From IMG/VR virus record IMGVR_UViG_3300046167_000798: a DNA stretch of 64,000 nucleotides; one strand, 5' to 3'. The notes under the pieces were generated by a model. It saw only the letters and a program-made list of their open reading frames with translations. It did no database searches and had not been told where the DNA came from. A program made the position numbers and the translations under genes. Each line of letters begins with the position of its first letter. Position 1 is the stretch's first letter. The stretch is from a virus. Its lineage: Duplodnaviria > Caudoviricetes. This document shows, piece after piece, positions 21,590 to 31,899 of the stretch.

Positions 21590-22954
21590 CTATCCCATAT
21601 TCTCTACATACTTTTTATGTAGAAGTTTTTTTGTTTCTAATTGTCCACTAGCCGATTGTTTTGTTGCAATCACACCATCTGGTGATGTTCCTTCATATAC
21701 TTCAATGTAACCTGTATTGGTATTCATCTTACAAGGAAATGTTATTCCATCTGGTCCGAATCTGTTTTTCATAATGTGAGCTCTTGCAGTATCATTAAGT
21801 TTATCTTTTGATTTTCTACTCCAACTCATAATGAAATCGGCGTTCATTACTTTTGCATAAGAATCTGCAATCTTATCTGCCTCAATAACTTCGGAATCAA
21901 TTGCTGAACGGTTGGTCTGAGATGCAGTCCAAATTGGTATTTCCAATTCACCACTCATTCCACGAAGGTCAATATAAACCCCTCCTTGTTCCGCATAAGT
22001 AGAGTCTGACTTATTCGAATGGGAGAGTAGAAGGTCGGCATAATCTACAATGATAACATCGGGTTTGTTATCTAACGTAACCATTTTCTCAATATGTTGC
22101 TGTAACTTTTTTACTGTAACACCCTTTGGAGGAAAATATTTTATCAATAATTTCCCATTAAGATTTGTAATTTTTGCTTTAACTTCTTCTTTCTTTTCCT
22201 TCAATTCTGTGGAAGGTATTTGTGTAAACACAGTATCATATCTAGCACCAACGTAGTGCTCTGATAATTCCATTGTGTAATGTACTACACTCAAACCTTT
22301 CCGAACAGCTTCTGCACCGATTGCGGTGAGAATCCATGTTTTTCCTACACCCGAAGGTGCTACAACTACTCCAAGTTCACCAGGTCCTAATCCACCATCC
22401 ATCAGTGCATTAATTGGCTCCCATTTAGTTGGAACTGTTGTTCTATTTAGTTCTTCGGCTCTTAAATCAAAGTCCTCTATATAATCCATACCTAAGTTGG
22501 TTTCATTACCAACCTTCATAGCCGAATCTACTAAATCTTTTATTCTATCATACGAACCAGCTTGTAATAAATCTACTGATTGTAAGATTACTCCTTTTAA
22601 ATTTTGATTAATACAGAAATTCTTAAACTCATCCTTTATATAATCTAAATCTACATTACCAATATTAGTAAAAACGTGTCTTAGTTGTTCAACAACAGTT
22701 TTCTTTAAAACTTCGTTATCTACTTTTGATAATTGTGATTTGAATACATCGAGTGTAGGAGGTTTTTTATATTCTGAATGATACTGAAGTATTTCTGAAA
22801 CAATCCACTTGTTTGCATCGTTCTCAAAGAACTTTTGAGTGGTTATTTCTGAAATAGTATCTAAGAACTTGCCATCAACCAAAAGTGATGATACAACCTT
22901 CGATTGAAATGATTGTCCATATTTTGATAATGTATCTACTTTTTGTTCTTGCAT
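21590..22954 (-). CDS. DnaB / T4 gp41-like replicative helicase
   Basis: APSGVGKT, IIVDYADLL, WTASQTNR, MKNRFG. Confidence 0.92.
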   Translation of the reverse strand: MQEQKVDTLSKYGQSFQSKVVSSLLVDGKFLDTISEITTQKFFENDANKWIVSEILQYHSEYKKPPTLDVFKSQLSKVDNEVLKKTVVEQLRHVFTNIGNVDLDYIKDEFKNFCINQNLKGVILQSVDLLQAGSYDRIKDLVDSAMKVGNETNLGMDYIEDFDLRAEELNRTTVPTKWEPINALMDGGLGPGELGVVVAPSGVGKTWILTAIGAEAVRKGLSVVHYTMELSEHYVGARYDTVFTQIPSTELKEKKEEVKAKITNLNGKLLIKYFPPKGVTVKKLQQHIEKMVTLDNKPDVIIVDYADLLLSHSNKSDSTYAEQGGVYIDLRGMSGELEIPIWTASQTNRSAIDSEVIEADKIADSYAKVMNADFIMSWSRKSKDKLNDTARAHIMKNRFGPDGITFPCKMNTNTGYIEVYEGTSPDGVIATKQSASGQLETKKLLHKKYVENMG

Positions 22955-22976
22955 TGACTCTTTTTTAAAACTTATA

Positions 22977-23007
22977 CAAATATACGAAATTTATTTTTAA
23001 TATCCAA
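22977..23007 (-). promoter_or_regulatory. Bacteroidota-type early promoter (helicase)
   Basis: TTG-N20-TATATTTG. Confidence 0.8.
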
Positions 23008-23008
23008 A

Positions 23009-24064
23009 TTAATCAGTAATTAAATTTCCAAATGTTATTTTTAACCAATCATTTATATCACCAAAACTACCCAATGATTTATATTTTAGTAATATTTTCA
23101 TAAAATCCATTTTATTTAATGGTTTAATTGGTTCGTTAAACCTATCTAAAGTTTTCATTTTAATTTGGCCCGAAATATCAACATCATCTAACTGCATTAA
23201 ATCTTCATTAAGTAAGATTTGTCTTTTAGATTTAAGTATATCTTTGTATATTTTTATTTTTCCTTTTGTTTCCTCTACTTTTACCTCAGCTAATTCTAAT
23301 AAATCATCTACTGATAATTTCTTTTCTTCGGTAATTTCAGGAAATCTTTTTACTAGGGTTTTAATTCCACACCCATATACACCAGGTATGTTATCTGATT
23401 TATCCCCATCTAATACTCTGTATAATAAAAGATTTTTAGATTCTATTCCATATTCTTCTTTTACCATTTTTGTATTATACATTTTCTTTTTAGTAGGTGA
23501 CCAAACAATTGTAGTATCATTAACTAATTGAAGGAAATCCTTATCAGTTGACATTATCACCGCTTGTTCATCTTCTTTTAAAATATTTGTGGTTATATAA
23601 GCCATGATATCATCGGCTTCAACACCATCGTATATCATAGTTGTAAGAGGTAATCCATCTAACATTTCGTTTAACCAAACGAATTGTCTTTTCATAGATT
23701 CTCTTTCATCCTCATCGTTCATCAAATCAGCGTACTGTCTGTTAACTCTGAGTTTGTTTTTATCTCTTTGTGCTTTATAACCACTAAATACTTTTTTTCT
23801 TCTTTTAGAACCACCCTGTCCATCAAAAACTACAACAACACGAGATGGTTGAGTTTGCCTAATTGCATATCCAATAGATTTTAGGGCTCCTGTTACACCA
23901 CCAATATGGTCTCCATCCTCATTCATAGTGGGGATAGATGACCAACATCTGATAAATGTATTTAACCCATCAATAATTAATACACGAGAATTCTTGTGTC
24001 TATTGATATTATTTTCTCTATCGGTCTCAACCGAATCTAATATGTTCTTGTAAAGTTCTTTCAT
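23009..24064 (-). CDS. 5'-3' exonuclease / flap endonuclease (T4 RNase H-like)
   Basis: LIIDGLN, VVFDG, VEADD, STDKD, GDKSDNIPGV. Confidence 0.92.
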   Translation of the reverse strand: MKELYKNILDSVETDRENNINRHKNSRVLIIDGLNTFIRCWSSIPTMNEDGDHIGGVTGALKSIGYAIRQTQPSRVVVVFDGQGGSKRRKKVFSGYKAQRDKNKLRVNRQYADLMNDEDERESMKRQFVWLNEMLDGLPLTTMIYDGVEADDIMAYITTNILKEDEQAVIMSTDKDFLQLVNDTTIVWSPTKKKMYNTKMVKEEYGIESKNLLLYRVLDGDKSDNIPGVYGCGIKTLVKRFPEITEEKKLSVDDLLELAEVKVEETKGKIKIYKDILKSKRQILLNEDLMQLDDVDISGQIKMKTLDRFNEPIKPLNKMDFMKILLKYKSLGSFGDINDWLKITFGNLITD

Positions 24065-24285
24065 TATAATACAGTTTTTCCGTCAAAGTAAGTTTGTAAT
24101 GTTCCTATTCTATCATCTGCATCTACTAACTTAATCAGAGCTTCCTCTGCATTTTTGTAGAAATCTTCAGTAGAATGGTCACCAATACCAACTGCTTTTG
24201 AACCCAATAGTTCTAATGAAAGTAGAGCCTTTGCTTTATCAGCTTTGGCACTACTCATTAACATTTCATATAATTTTGCATCCAT
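24064..24285 (-). CDS. Hypothetical protein
   Basis: 73-aa ORF coupled to both neighbours. Confidence 0.7.
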   Translation of the reverse strand: MDAKLYEMLMSSAKADKAKALLSLELLGSKAVGIGDHSTEDFYKNAEEALIKLVDADDRIGTLQTYFDGKTVL

Positions 24286-24289
24286 AGTT

Positions 24290-25417
24290 TTACTCGTTTA
24301 TACCAGCACCTTTGGTATCTATTTCCATATTATCAATATCGAGAGTATCTCCTTTATATTGTAAGATTGTTTCTTCACATATCTTTTTATAAATTTGTTC
24401 TCTAAGTTCTTCATTCTCACCCATCAAAGGAATAAAATCTTTTGATTGAAATTTGAATTCTTCACCTGTTTCAGTATCAACATATGCATACCATGCACCA
24501 GCTTGTTTTACTAGTTTATTTTCTTTCATTACAGATAACCATGAACCATAGTTATCAATACCTCTATCGAAGAAAATTTCAAAATCAGCTGCCCTTAGAG
24601 GTGGGCCCATTCTGTTTTTTACAACTTGACAACGTACTTTCATACCAACTGTCTTATCCTTACCATTTACCTTCATCTTGATTTGTCCCATATTCTTTAA
24701 CCTTAATCTTACAGATGCATGGAAAGCCAAAGCTTTTCCACCACTTGTAGTCCAAGGGTCACCGAACATAGCATTCATCTTCTGTCTTAATTGGTTAGTA
24801 AATACCAATGAGATTTTCTGTCTACCAATCATATTGGTAATCTTTCTCATTGCCTTCGAGATAATAATAGCTTTATCAGTAGCATATCCATCTTTCTTGT
24901 AATCTGCCGCTAATTCATTAGTTGTAGAAGCAGCCGCAACTGAATCTACTACTATTGTTACTATCTTATCTTTGGAAGTTTCTCTAACTTTCTCAATGAT
25001 AGTTTCTGTGAAATCAAAGATTTGTTCAACCGAATCAGCTGTAACATAAAGAAGTTTAGAAACGTCAACACCGATTGCTTCTAAAAATTCTCTACTTACT
25101 GCAGTTTCTGTATCAATAAGAACAGCAACACCACCTTGTTTCTGTGTTTCCGCAAGGAGGTGTGCTGATACTAATGATTTTCCTGATTGTTCTAATCCTG
25201 TGATTTCAGTTATTCTACCAACAGGTAAACCACCATAAGGACGATTGGAGACAGCTACATCCAACATTGCACATCCTGTCGATATCCACCCATCTACATT
25301 TGTAGGAGCTTCATCATCATTAAGAAAAAATGCTACTTTGGAATCTTTCGATTGTTTGTTAAGTTCACCCGCCAGAATATCTGCCAAGTCAAGCTCTTTT
25401 GCTTTCTTTTTCGCCAT
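24290..25417 (-). CDS. recA: RecA/UvsX recombinase
   Basis: ISTGCAMLD, GLEQSGKS, VVDSVAA, FTNQLR, SGGKALAFHASVR. Confidence 0.95.
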   Translation of the reverse strand: MAKKKAKELDLADILAGELNKQSKDSKVAFFLNDDEAPTNVDGWISTGCAMLDVAVSNRPYGGLPVGRITEITGLEQSGKSLVSAHLLAETQKQGGVAVLIDTETAVSREFLEAIGVDVSKLLYVTADSVEQIFDFTETIIEKVRETSKDKIVTIVVDSVAAASTTNELAADYKKDGYATDKAIIISKAMRKITNMIGRQKISLVFTNQLRQKMNAMFGDPWTTSGGKALAFHASVRLRLKNMGQIKMKVNGKDKTVGMKVRCQVVKNRMGPPLRAADFEIFFDRGIDNYGSWLSVMKENKLVKQAGAWYAYVDTETGEEFKFQSKDFIPLMGENEELREQIYKKICEETILQYKGDTLDIDNMEIDTKGAGINE

Positions 25418-25428
25418 TAAATTGGTTT

Positions 25429-26232
25429 TTAGTTGTTAAATAAATCATCAAATGCAGCCGCTACATCATCAGTTTTCTTTGCAGATTCTGTTGTAGTTGG
25501 TGCAACTTTTGTTGGTTGAGTTGTAGGTGTACTTTGAGATAAAGTAGACTGAGATACAGTTTCTTCTTTTCCTTCACCACTTGGGTTCAACCATCCCTCT
25601 AATACTGATTTTAATTCATCATAAGATAATTCAGAATATAAATCTGTAATTTCAGTTTGTGATTCAATCCATTTAGTTACCTTTTCAGCATCTTCGCTTA
25701 CTGGTGTAGCTTTTGGTTTAACTCTAATAGTAGTAGTTGGATAAGTAGTTCCAGCTTCTTCTGCTGATTTATACTCTATCGTTAAATCTCTACCACCACT
25801 TGGGTCTGTGATATCTCCATAATCAGGGTCAGCAATGTAACCAAGAATTTCTTGATATACTGTTTTACCGAATCCCCAAAAACGAACTCCTTCACCTTCT
25901 TCGCCTCTTACAACAACAGGTACGAAAGTTCTCAACTTAGGCTCCATAGCCTTTGCTGCTTTCCAATCTTCTTTATCTCCCATTCTTTTTAGTTTATCCG
26001 CAAACTCTACAATAGGGTCTGGTCTACCAAATGATTGTGGTGATAAATAAGTTTTGTTGTTAATGTTATAGTGAAAGTACAATTCGATGAATGGATTATC
26101 TTTTTCGAATTGGTAAGGAACGATTCTCACTTGGTGCTTACCAGGTGTTGGTTTCCATAATGAGTCTGATTTCCTTTGTGTGTTTTGTAGTTTGTTCAGT
26201 CTACCTCTGATTGCGTTAATGTCTAAAGCCAT
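25429..26232 (-). CDS. T4 gp32-like ssDNA-binding protein, no cysteines
   Basis: WKP..VRIVP, FWGFGKTVY, DITDP..GRDL, acidic tail DDLFNN. Lies next to recA. Confidence 0.85.
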   Translation of the reverse strand: MALDINAIRGRLNKLQNTQRKSDSLWKPTPGKHQVRIVPYQFEKDNPFIELYFHYNINNKTYLSPQSFGRPDPIVEFADKLKRMGDKEDWKAAKAMEPKLRTFVPVVVRGEEGEGVRFWGFGKTVYQEILGYIADPDYGDITDPSGGRDLTIEYKSAEEAGTTYPTTTIRVKPKATPVSEDAEKVTKWIESQTEITDLYSELSYDELKSVLEGWLNPSGEGKEETVSQSTLSQSTPTTQPTKVAPTTTESAKKTDDVAAAFDDLFNN

Positions 26233-26267
26233 GATTTTTACCTTTTAGTTTTAATTAATTTATTTTT

Positions 26268-26304
26268 TAAGTTTAAGTTTTGAGTGCTAAACTTATTAAC
26301 ACTC
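26268..26304 (-). ncRNA. Predicted H-type pseudoknot in the SSB mRNA leader
   Basis: S1 GAGUGUU/AGCACUC, L1 AA, S2 UAAGUUU/AAACUUA, L3 AAAACUU, then 35 A/U-rich nt to the ATG. Confidence 0.65.
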
Positions 26305-26312
26305 GGTGTATA

Positions 26313-26320
26313 TATAAATA
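26313..26320 (-). promoter_or_regulatory. TATTTATA late-type promoter motif (SSB leader)
   Basis: Same octamer that precedes the structural genes. Confidence 0.55.
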
Positions 26321-26369
26321 TAAAGAAATCATAAAAAACACCGAATTTTTATAATTACTTATTAACAAT

Positions 26370-26804
26370 TTACTTAGCCCATTTCCCACTTGAAACCAAC
26401 TGAGCAATGATACCATATACTGATAAATCTTGGAAGGTATCTTCACATGATTCACCTATATTATCTTGTTTACCTAATACAACTAATTGTTTTAATCTTT
26501 GAATCTTATCATTCATTCTAAACCAAAGACCTGTAAGAGATACTTTCTTTTCATCTTCAGTTTCTAAATTACTACCAACAGAAATATTATCTGGTCCATA
26601 GTTAGATTGTTTTAAACAAAATAATTCATATTGTGTAAACATAATTCTTTTAAACTCTGCCGTCATTTCAGGCCATTGTTTTTCCATTTCTTCTACAACC
26701 TTTGGGTTATCATATTGTAAAACCTCATCATATTGGGGTTCTACCTTAATTGGATTAAAACTGTGTTTTTTACTTTTAGTACTTAATACTTTTTTTCCTG
26801 CCAT
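26370..26804 (-). CDS. DUF1599 / nucleotide-modification-associated domain protein
   Basis: KQSNYGPDNI, FRMNDKIQRL, DTFQDLSVYGII. Confidence 0.8.
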   Translation of the reverse strand: MAGKKVLSTKSKKHSFNPIKVEPQYDEVLQYDNPKVVEEMEKQWPEMTAEFKRIMFTQYELFCLKQSNYGPDNISVGSNLETEDEKKVSLTGLWFRMNDKIQRLKQLVVLGKQDNIGESCEDTFQDLSVYGIIAQLVSSGKWAK

Positions 26805-26829
26805 TTATTTAAATTTTAATTTTGTTATA

Positions 26830-26860
26830 CAAATATACGAAAGTTTTTTCAAACTTCCAA
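26830..26860 (-). promoter_or_regulatory. Bacteroidota-type early promoter
   Basis: TTG-N20-TATATTTG. Confidence 0.8.
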
Positions 26861-26882
26861 GTCTTTTTTAATTTTTTTTTTA

Positions 26883-27269
26883 TTATATGAATAATTTATA
26901 ATCTTTTTCGTAACTAATAGCTTCAATCTCATATGGGTGAGTTACATAATCATATCCCATATTGTAATATCTTTTAAACCAAGATGGTGATTGTAAGTAG
27001 TGAATGTATTCGTGGATAAGAGTTTGAATAACCATTTTCTTAGATTTCATCTGTGGATAGTAAACTGTGATTTCGTTCATCATTGAACAATACTCAGCGT
27101 GACATTTATCTTCCTCACCTTGAGCACCTTCTTCACCACTATATTTTTCGTAGATGTTTTTGTGAAGTTCAACATATGGAGTACATTCTTGGAATTTAGA
27201 GAATCCATAGTGTTTCTCTATCTTTGGAAACACTTCATCGATTATTTTTAATACTTTATCTTTCAACAT
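26883..27269 (-). CDS. Small zincin metallopeptidase
   Basis: LIHEYIHYLQ (HExxH) plus HPYEIEA. Confidence 0.8.
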   Translation of the reverse strand: MLKDKVLKIIDEVFPKIEKHYGFSKFQECTPYVELHKNIYEKYSGEEGAQGEEDKCHAEYCSMMNEITVYYPQMKSKKMVIQTLIHEYIHYLQSPSWFKRYYNMGYDYVTHPYEIEAISYEKDYKLFI

Positions 27270-27288
27270 ATCTTTCTTATTTACTATG

Positions 27289-27319
27289 TAAATATACGAA
27301 AAATATTTGAACTATCCAA
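27289..27319 (-). promoter_or_regulatory. Bacteroidota-type early promoter (variant)
   Basis: TTG-N20-TATATTTA. Confidence 0.7.
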
Positions 27320-27331
27320 GCAAAAAGTGAA

Positions 27332-27733
27332 TTATTTTTTGTTAAATTCGATTACCTCGAAGATTCGTGTAGAAATTTTCTTAGTTCCTTCTACATTGGT
27401 AACGATGATTGAATTTTTGAATTTATTCCAATCTATTGCAAACTTTTTATCCAATACACCACCATTTTCTTCCTTAACTAATTCGTTAAGTGCATTAATT
27501 GTATAAAGAGTATTAGATTGTTTTTTACGATGTACTAAAATAGTATCATCTAAAGGTCTATCTGGTTTAAATGATGTATCTATATTATATGTAATAAATA
27601 ATTCATCTAAGTTTCCTTTATTTTGAAGAACGTAAATATAGTTATAGACAATATGATATGTCTCCCTAATTAGTTGTAAAGATTCTTGGAGTTTTTCCTT
27701 TGTTGTGAAAGTACATAATAACTGTGTTTGCAT
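27332..27733 (-). CDS. Hypothetical phage protein
   Basis: 133-aa ORF after a TATTTATA motif. Confidence 0.7.
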   Translation of the reverse strand: MQTQLLCTFTTKEKLQESLQLIRETYHIVYNYIYVLQNKGNLDELFITYNIDTSFKPDRPLDDTILVHRKKQSNTLYTINALNELVKEENGGVLDKKFAIDWNKFKNSIIVTNVEGTKKISTRIFEVIEFNKK

Positions 27734-27769
27734 AACTACCTGTTTAAATCGATTAGTTGATTTAACACA

Positions 27770-27777
27770 TATAAATA
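27770..27777 (-). promoter_or_regulatory. TATTTATA late-type promoter motif
   Basis: Intergenic, 36 nt before the ATG. Confidence 0.5.
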
Positions 27778-27859
27778 TTAAAAATTAAATGGAAAATGTT
27801 AAAATATTAACAAAAGGTAATGTACATCTGATTAGAGTTATATAAGAGGGGTTATAATA

Positions 27860-29912
27860 TTAATTTTCCCCATAAATAGCTACTAAGTTATTCAACTCTT
27901 TTTGTCTATTTTCTCTTTTCTTACCTTGTATATTTGGGTCTGCTAGTTGAACCTTTAATATTTCAATTCTTTTAGTATCTAATTGTTTGTTCATTTCTTT
28001 TCTTGCTTCATCAATCACTTCTTCTTGATTTTTATCATCTTCCAATGAACTACCAAAGTAACCAAATTTCTTAAACTCTTCAATGAGATATTCGTGGTCT
28101 TGTCCTTTACTTCTTCTTTTTGCACCACCCCTACTTCTACCAGCTTGTACATATACAGTTAAAGTTTTATTGAAAGGTTCTTGTTTGAAATCAATATCTT
28201 CCTTATTCTCAGGTAACTCTACTCCCTTTTCTTTCCAAAATGCCTTTACTTTATCATAATACTGTGGGTCTGCTGGAATTCCCTTTGATGGGTCTCCTCC
28301 TTCTAATTCAGTAATTGTTTTGGCATCAGGATGATAAAAATTATGAGCTTTCATCATTGCATTAGTTTCAGTACTATCCGCATTTCTGATACCATATTCG
28401 TTATATGGTGGATTATCTCCTCTACTAACTTTATCAGCATGATGTTCTCTAATTAATTTTTTTCTTAAGGTTTTATACTCATTCTGTAATTTCTTTTCCT
28501 CAGGATTCTCTGCTAACTTTCTTCTAATTGAATTTAATAAATCATTATCTATCAAATCACTCTTGAATTGATTTACAGGACCTGCCATTAAATCCATATT
28601 AGTATCAGGGTCATCATACTTAGCTTGTAATGGTTCTAAATCCTTTACAATATTTTGTTCTCTTTCACTTAGTTCATCTTTTCTCTTCTTCATTATCTCT
28701 TGTAATGAATTTCCATCAGCTGGTTTTTTAGCCTTAAGAGATAATCCTTCGTACTTACCCTGATTCTACAATATCAGATTCTGCAGTTGTAAATGGTAAT
28801 CTATGGTCTGGTTCCATATGACTTAGAGGTAATGGTTTACCTGTTACAGGACTTTTACAATCATTTTTCAAATATAATTTTAGAATCTTTTTTGCTCTTA
28901 TATATCCTGGTGAGTTTTTATCAATACCTGGATACCCATCCTCACCTTTTTTAAGTTTAGTAACTTTCGTTAAGTGTCTTGGTACTGCTCCTCCTGCAGA
29001 GAATTTTTTTAACAATTTACCAAAATCAGATGGTTCTAACTTTTCTTCGAAATAATCCATTGCAGTATCAACTTCATCATCAGTAACATTTCTCTGAATG
29101 ATAGATGGATGTACATATGGTTCTTCATTGAATTCCTCACCTTTTTCAAGTGCCTCTTTTCTTCTTCTATCTTGAACCATTCGTTTTTCAGTAAATTCTT
29201 TCAAATCCTTAACATCTTGTACTGATGGTGAGTTTGAACCTCCACCAGTTTTCAATCTAACTTTATCGTAATTTTCTTCAATAAATTTTAAGTTATCAGA
29301 TAACTTTTCATTTACTTTTATTATCTTTTCAGTACTTCTTTTACTACCAACTTCAAAAGTAGATGTATCTGGTTTTTCTTCAGAATCACTACTTGATTTA
29401 TCTTCTTTAGATTTCTTTACCCTATCTTCAAGTTCTTTAGATTTCTTTGCATAATCACTACCAGGTTTCAATGCACTACCTTGTGTGGGTTGAGTATCAT
29501 CGGTAGTATCATCTGAATTTCCTTTTGGGGAATCAATTTTTTTCTCAGTTCCTTGAGAACCAACTTCTTTATTTATTGCATCTCTTTCAGGTGTACCATC
29601 TTTTGGTAACATTTTTTCTGCAGCTATTCTACCTGGTGAATCTTTTGGTGAAGTTAATAGATTTCCAACAATACCTTCTTTCTCATTACCATTTTTATCT
29701 TTATACTTAACGGTTCTATTAAGAATTGGATTTTTAAATTTTCTTGGGTCTTCAGTAAGAAATTCAAAGATAGTTTGTTTTATATCATACTCACCCCACT
29801 CTGAAAGGATTTCAGACATGATTGATTGATGTTCTTTATTTTCTACATTAGGGATACCTACCCTATATGAGAGTTCTCTTACTAACTTATCTATTACTTT
29901 TTTATAATCCAT
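27860..29912 (-). CDS. Large charged protein with an interrupted HNH-like motif (~683 aa, one inserted G-run base at ~28759)
   Basis: The ORFs join as ESG-KYEGLSLK...EIMKKRKD. Motif CKSPVTG..EPDH...NMDLMAGPVNQFKSD. Confidence 0.65.
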
Positions 29913-29919
29913 ACTATAC

Positions 29920-29927
29920 TATAAATA
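29920..29927 (-). promoter_or_regulatory. TATTTATA late-type promoter motif
   Basis: 7 nt before the ATG, so the mRNA would be almost leaderless. Confidence 0.55.
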
Positions 29928-30825
29928 TTAAGGTGCTGATGTTTTGTAAGGATGTGAACTTGGTAGAGAACTTGTTAATCCCCATTTGTGTGCAAGATAT
30001 CCTTCTGCTTTTATTAAATGTGTTAAATCAGTACCACTTGTACCAGGTATATTTGCTACTGCAAAGAATTCACCTAATTTACCATCCAATTCTTGAGATG
30101 ACCTGTTTCTCATCAACCTTAATTGTTGGTTTGTTTGTAATGAGTTATCATAATCATTTACAGGTGTGAATGCGTTTGTACCATCTACTCTAACACCGAT
30201 TTGGTTTCCACTCTTATTAAACCAACAAGCAACTACATGATATTGGTTTCTTGTTAAACTTTTATCATCCCATAATTCTACATTACCAATTGTAGAACTA
30301 ATTCTGTTAGAAAATAAACCATCCAAATCTAATTCACCTGGCCAAGAGTTTGAGTTGTTACCACTACTCAATGCATAATCTCTTTTTGGTGATTGATTTG
30401 TTTCATAACTCCAAAGTGTATCTTGGGTACTATTTGTTCCTTCAAATCTAAACACACCGATTGCCCAATGGTTACCATTTGATACTTGTGCTTCATTTGT
30501 ACTACTTTGTAGATAATCTCCATTACCATCAAAATCGAATACATTCAATCCGTTCTGAGTTGATGAGTTAGTTACTACATTACTACCAATATCTATTGTA
30601 TAAGTTCCTGATTTATCAGTTACAGAATCTAGGCCTGTTCCACTTCTTGTGTAAGTTGAAGAATCTGATGCATCAATCCAAGCAACAGTTGTGATATCAG
30701 TACTTGGTGACCAAGGATTTGAAAGCACTACCTGTCGGCCAGATGTGTTCGTTATTATAATAAACATCATCTACCGAAACATTATTAAAAGTAATGCCTT
30801 GTGCAGTATTAATCCTTCTGTCCAT
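29928..30825 (-). CDS. LamG / concanavalin-like virion-type protein (~298 aa, one inserted base at ~30723)
   Basis: True start MDRRINTAQG..VYYNNEHIWPTGS joins SNPWSPSTD. AWIDASD, FDGNGDYL, EGYLAHKWGL. Confidence 0.7.
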
Positions 30826-30827
30826 TT

Positions 30828-31233
30828 TTATCCTTGTATAATATATAAAGTACCACTAACTGGTGTAATTGCATCATAAGATGCAGATGTCATTACTTCT
30901 ATAATATTTGTTGAAGATGAACTTACAAATCCATCTAACTGAGATGAACCACTAACTAATCCACTTGGTAAAGTTGTATGTGATAAATCTGAAATTTGTG
31001 ATTCAGTAATTGTAATTTGAGAACTTCCACTAATTACTCCACTTGGAAGTTGGTCAGTCACAGAACCACTTAAAATTCCATCACCATTTGTATTTAAATA
31101 TTTTGTATCGAAGTTTGTTGTAGTGGTTGTTGAATCAACTAACCATGTTGTTCCATTGTAAATATAAACTGTACCATTACTTGCTGTATGTGTATCTCCG
31201 TTTGATTGCTCCATCAGGAAAATTGAAAGCCAT
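30828..31233 (-). CDS. Small fibre-module protein (~134 aa, one inserted base at ~31206)
   Basis: Corrected start MAFNFPDGASNGDTH. SGSSQI repeats shared with the tail fibres. C-terminus ASYDAITPVSGTLYII. Confidence 0.7.
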
Positions 31234-31252
31234 AATTAAATCTCCTCTTTAG

Positions 31253-31260
31253 TATAAATA
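31253..31260 (-). promoter_or_regulatory. TATTTATA late-type promoter motif followed by AGGAG
   Basis: Octamer, then AGGAG 8 nt before the ATG at 31233. Confidence 0.6.
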
Positions 31261-31873
31261 TTAATGAGAATGTGTTACCTCATGTTCTTCCCACCCTTCG
31301 ATTGGCTTAACATTTGGAAATCTAAAACATCTATAACTACCATCGTTATCAAATCTAATGTGTTTTATCATATGAGTTGGAACGTGTCCACCTGTTGGTA
31401 AAACTTCATGTCCATCTATAAATTCTAAATTAACTGTAATAGTTAAGTTTGAATCATCATCCCATCTTCTTTCTTGTTCTTCTAATAATCTCCACTCACC
31501 TCTATTAAGATATTGGTTTTGTAGAGCACAATTTAAAAACGAGAATGTTTGTCGTAGATTTTCTTTAGAATCGGAAAAAGTTGCTGGCTGGAGCAAGATG
31601 ACCTTTATCCCATACGTTTGCATAATAGTCAGCATTATCAGATGTATGATAATCTGCTTCATTATAAAAATTCATTGAACCTCTATCTACATTTTTTGGT
31701 CTATTAGTTGATGTGTAAATTAATTGAACAGGTTGTTCTAATACTTCGTTGTACCAAACTTTAAATACCGCATTTTCAACAATTACATTTTCTCTTAAGT
31801 CTTGTGCAACAATTCCGTCTGGTTCACATCCCCACAAGATGAATGATAACAGTAATATTTTAAATAATTTCAT
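31261..31873 (-). CDS. Lipoprotein DNA/RNA non-specific endonuclease of NucA/EndA type (~203 aa, one inserted base at ~31587)
   Basis: Lipobox LWGC, DKGHLAPA active site, NCALQNQYLNRGEW..LEEQER. Confidence 0.85.
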
Positions 31874-31899
31874 AATTTTCCTTATTTTTTTAATGTATA

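Noticed and set aside
26282-26304. CIRCE/HrcA operator (contains GAGTGCTAA)
   Set aside because: The half-sites are in swapped order with a 5-nt rather than 9-nt spacer, and it is not at a chaperone gene. An RNA stem explains it better.
26273-26455. Short out-of-frame minus-strand ORFs such as 26273..26455, 1631..1825, 2667..2885, 10113..10391 and 29525..29710
   Set aside because: They lie within or across real genes in another frame and have no recognisable content.
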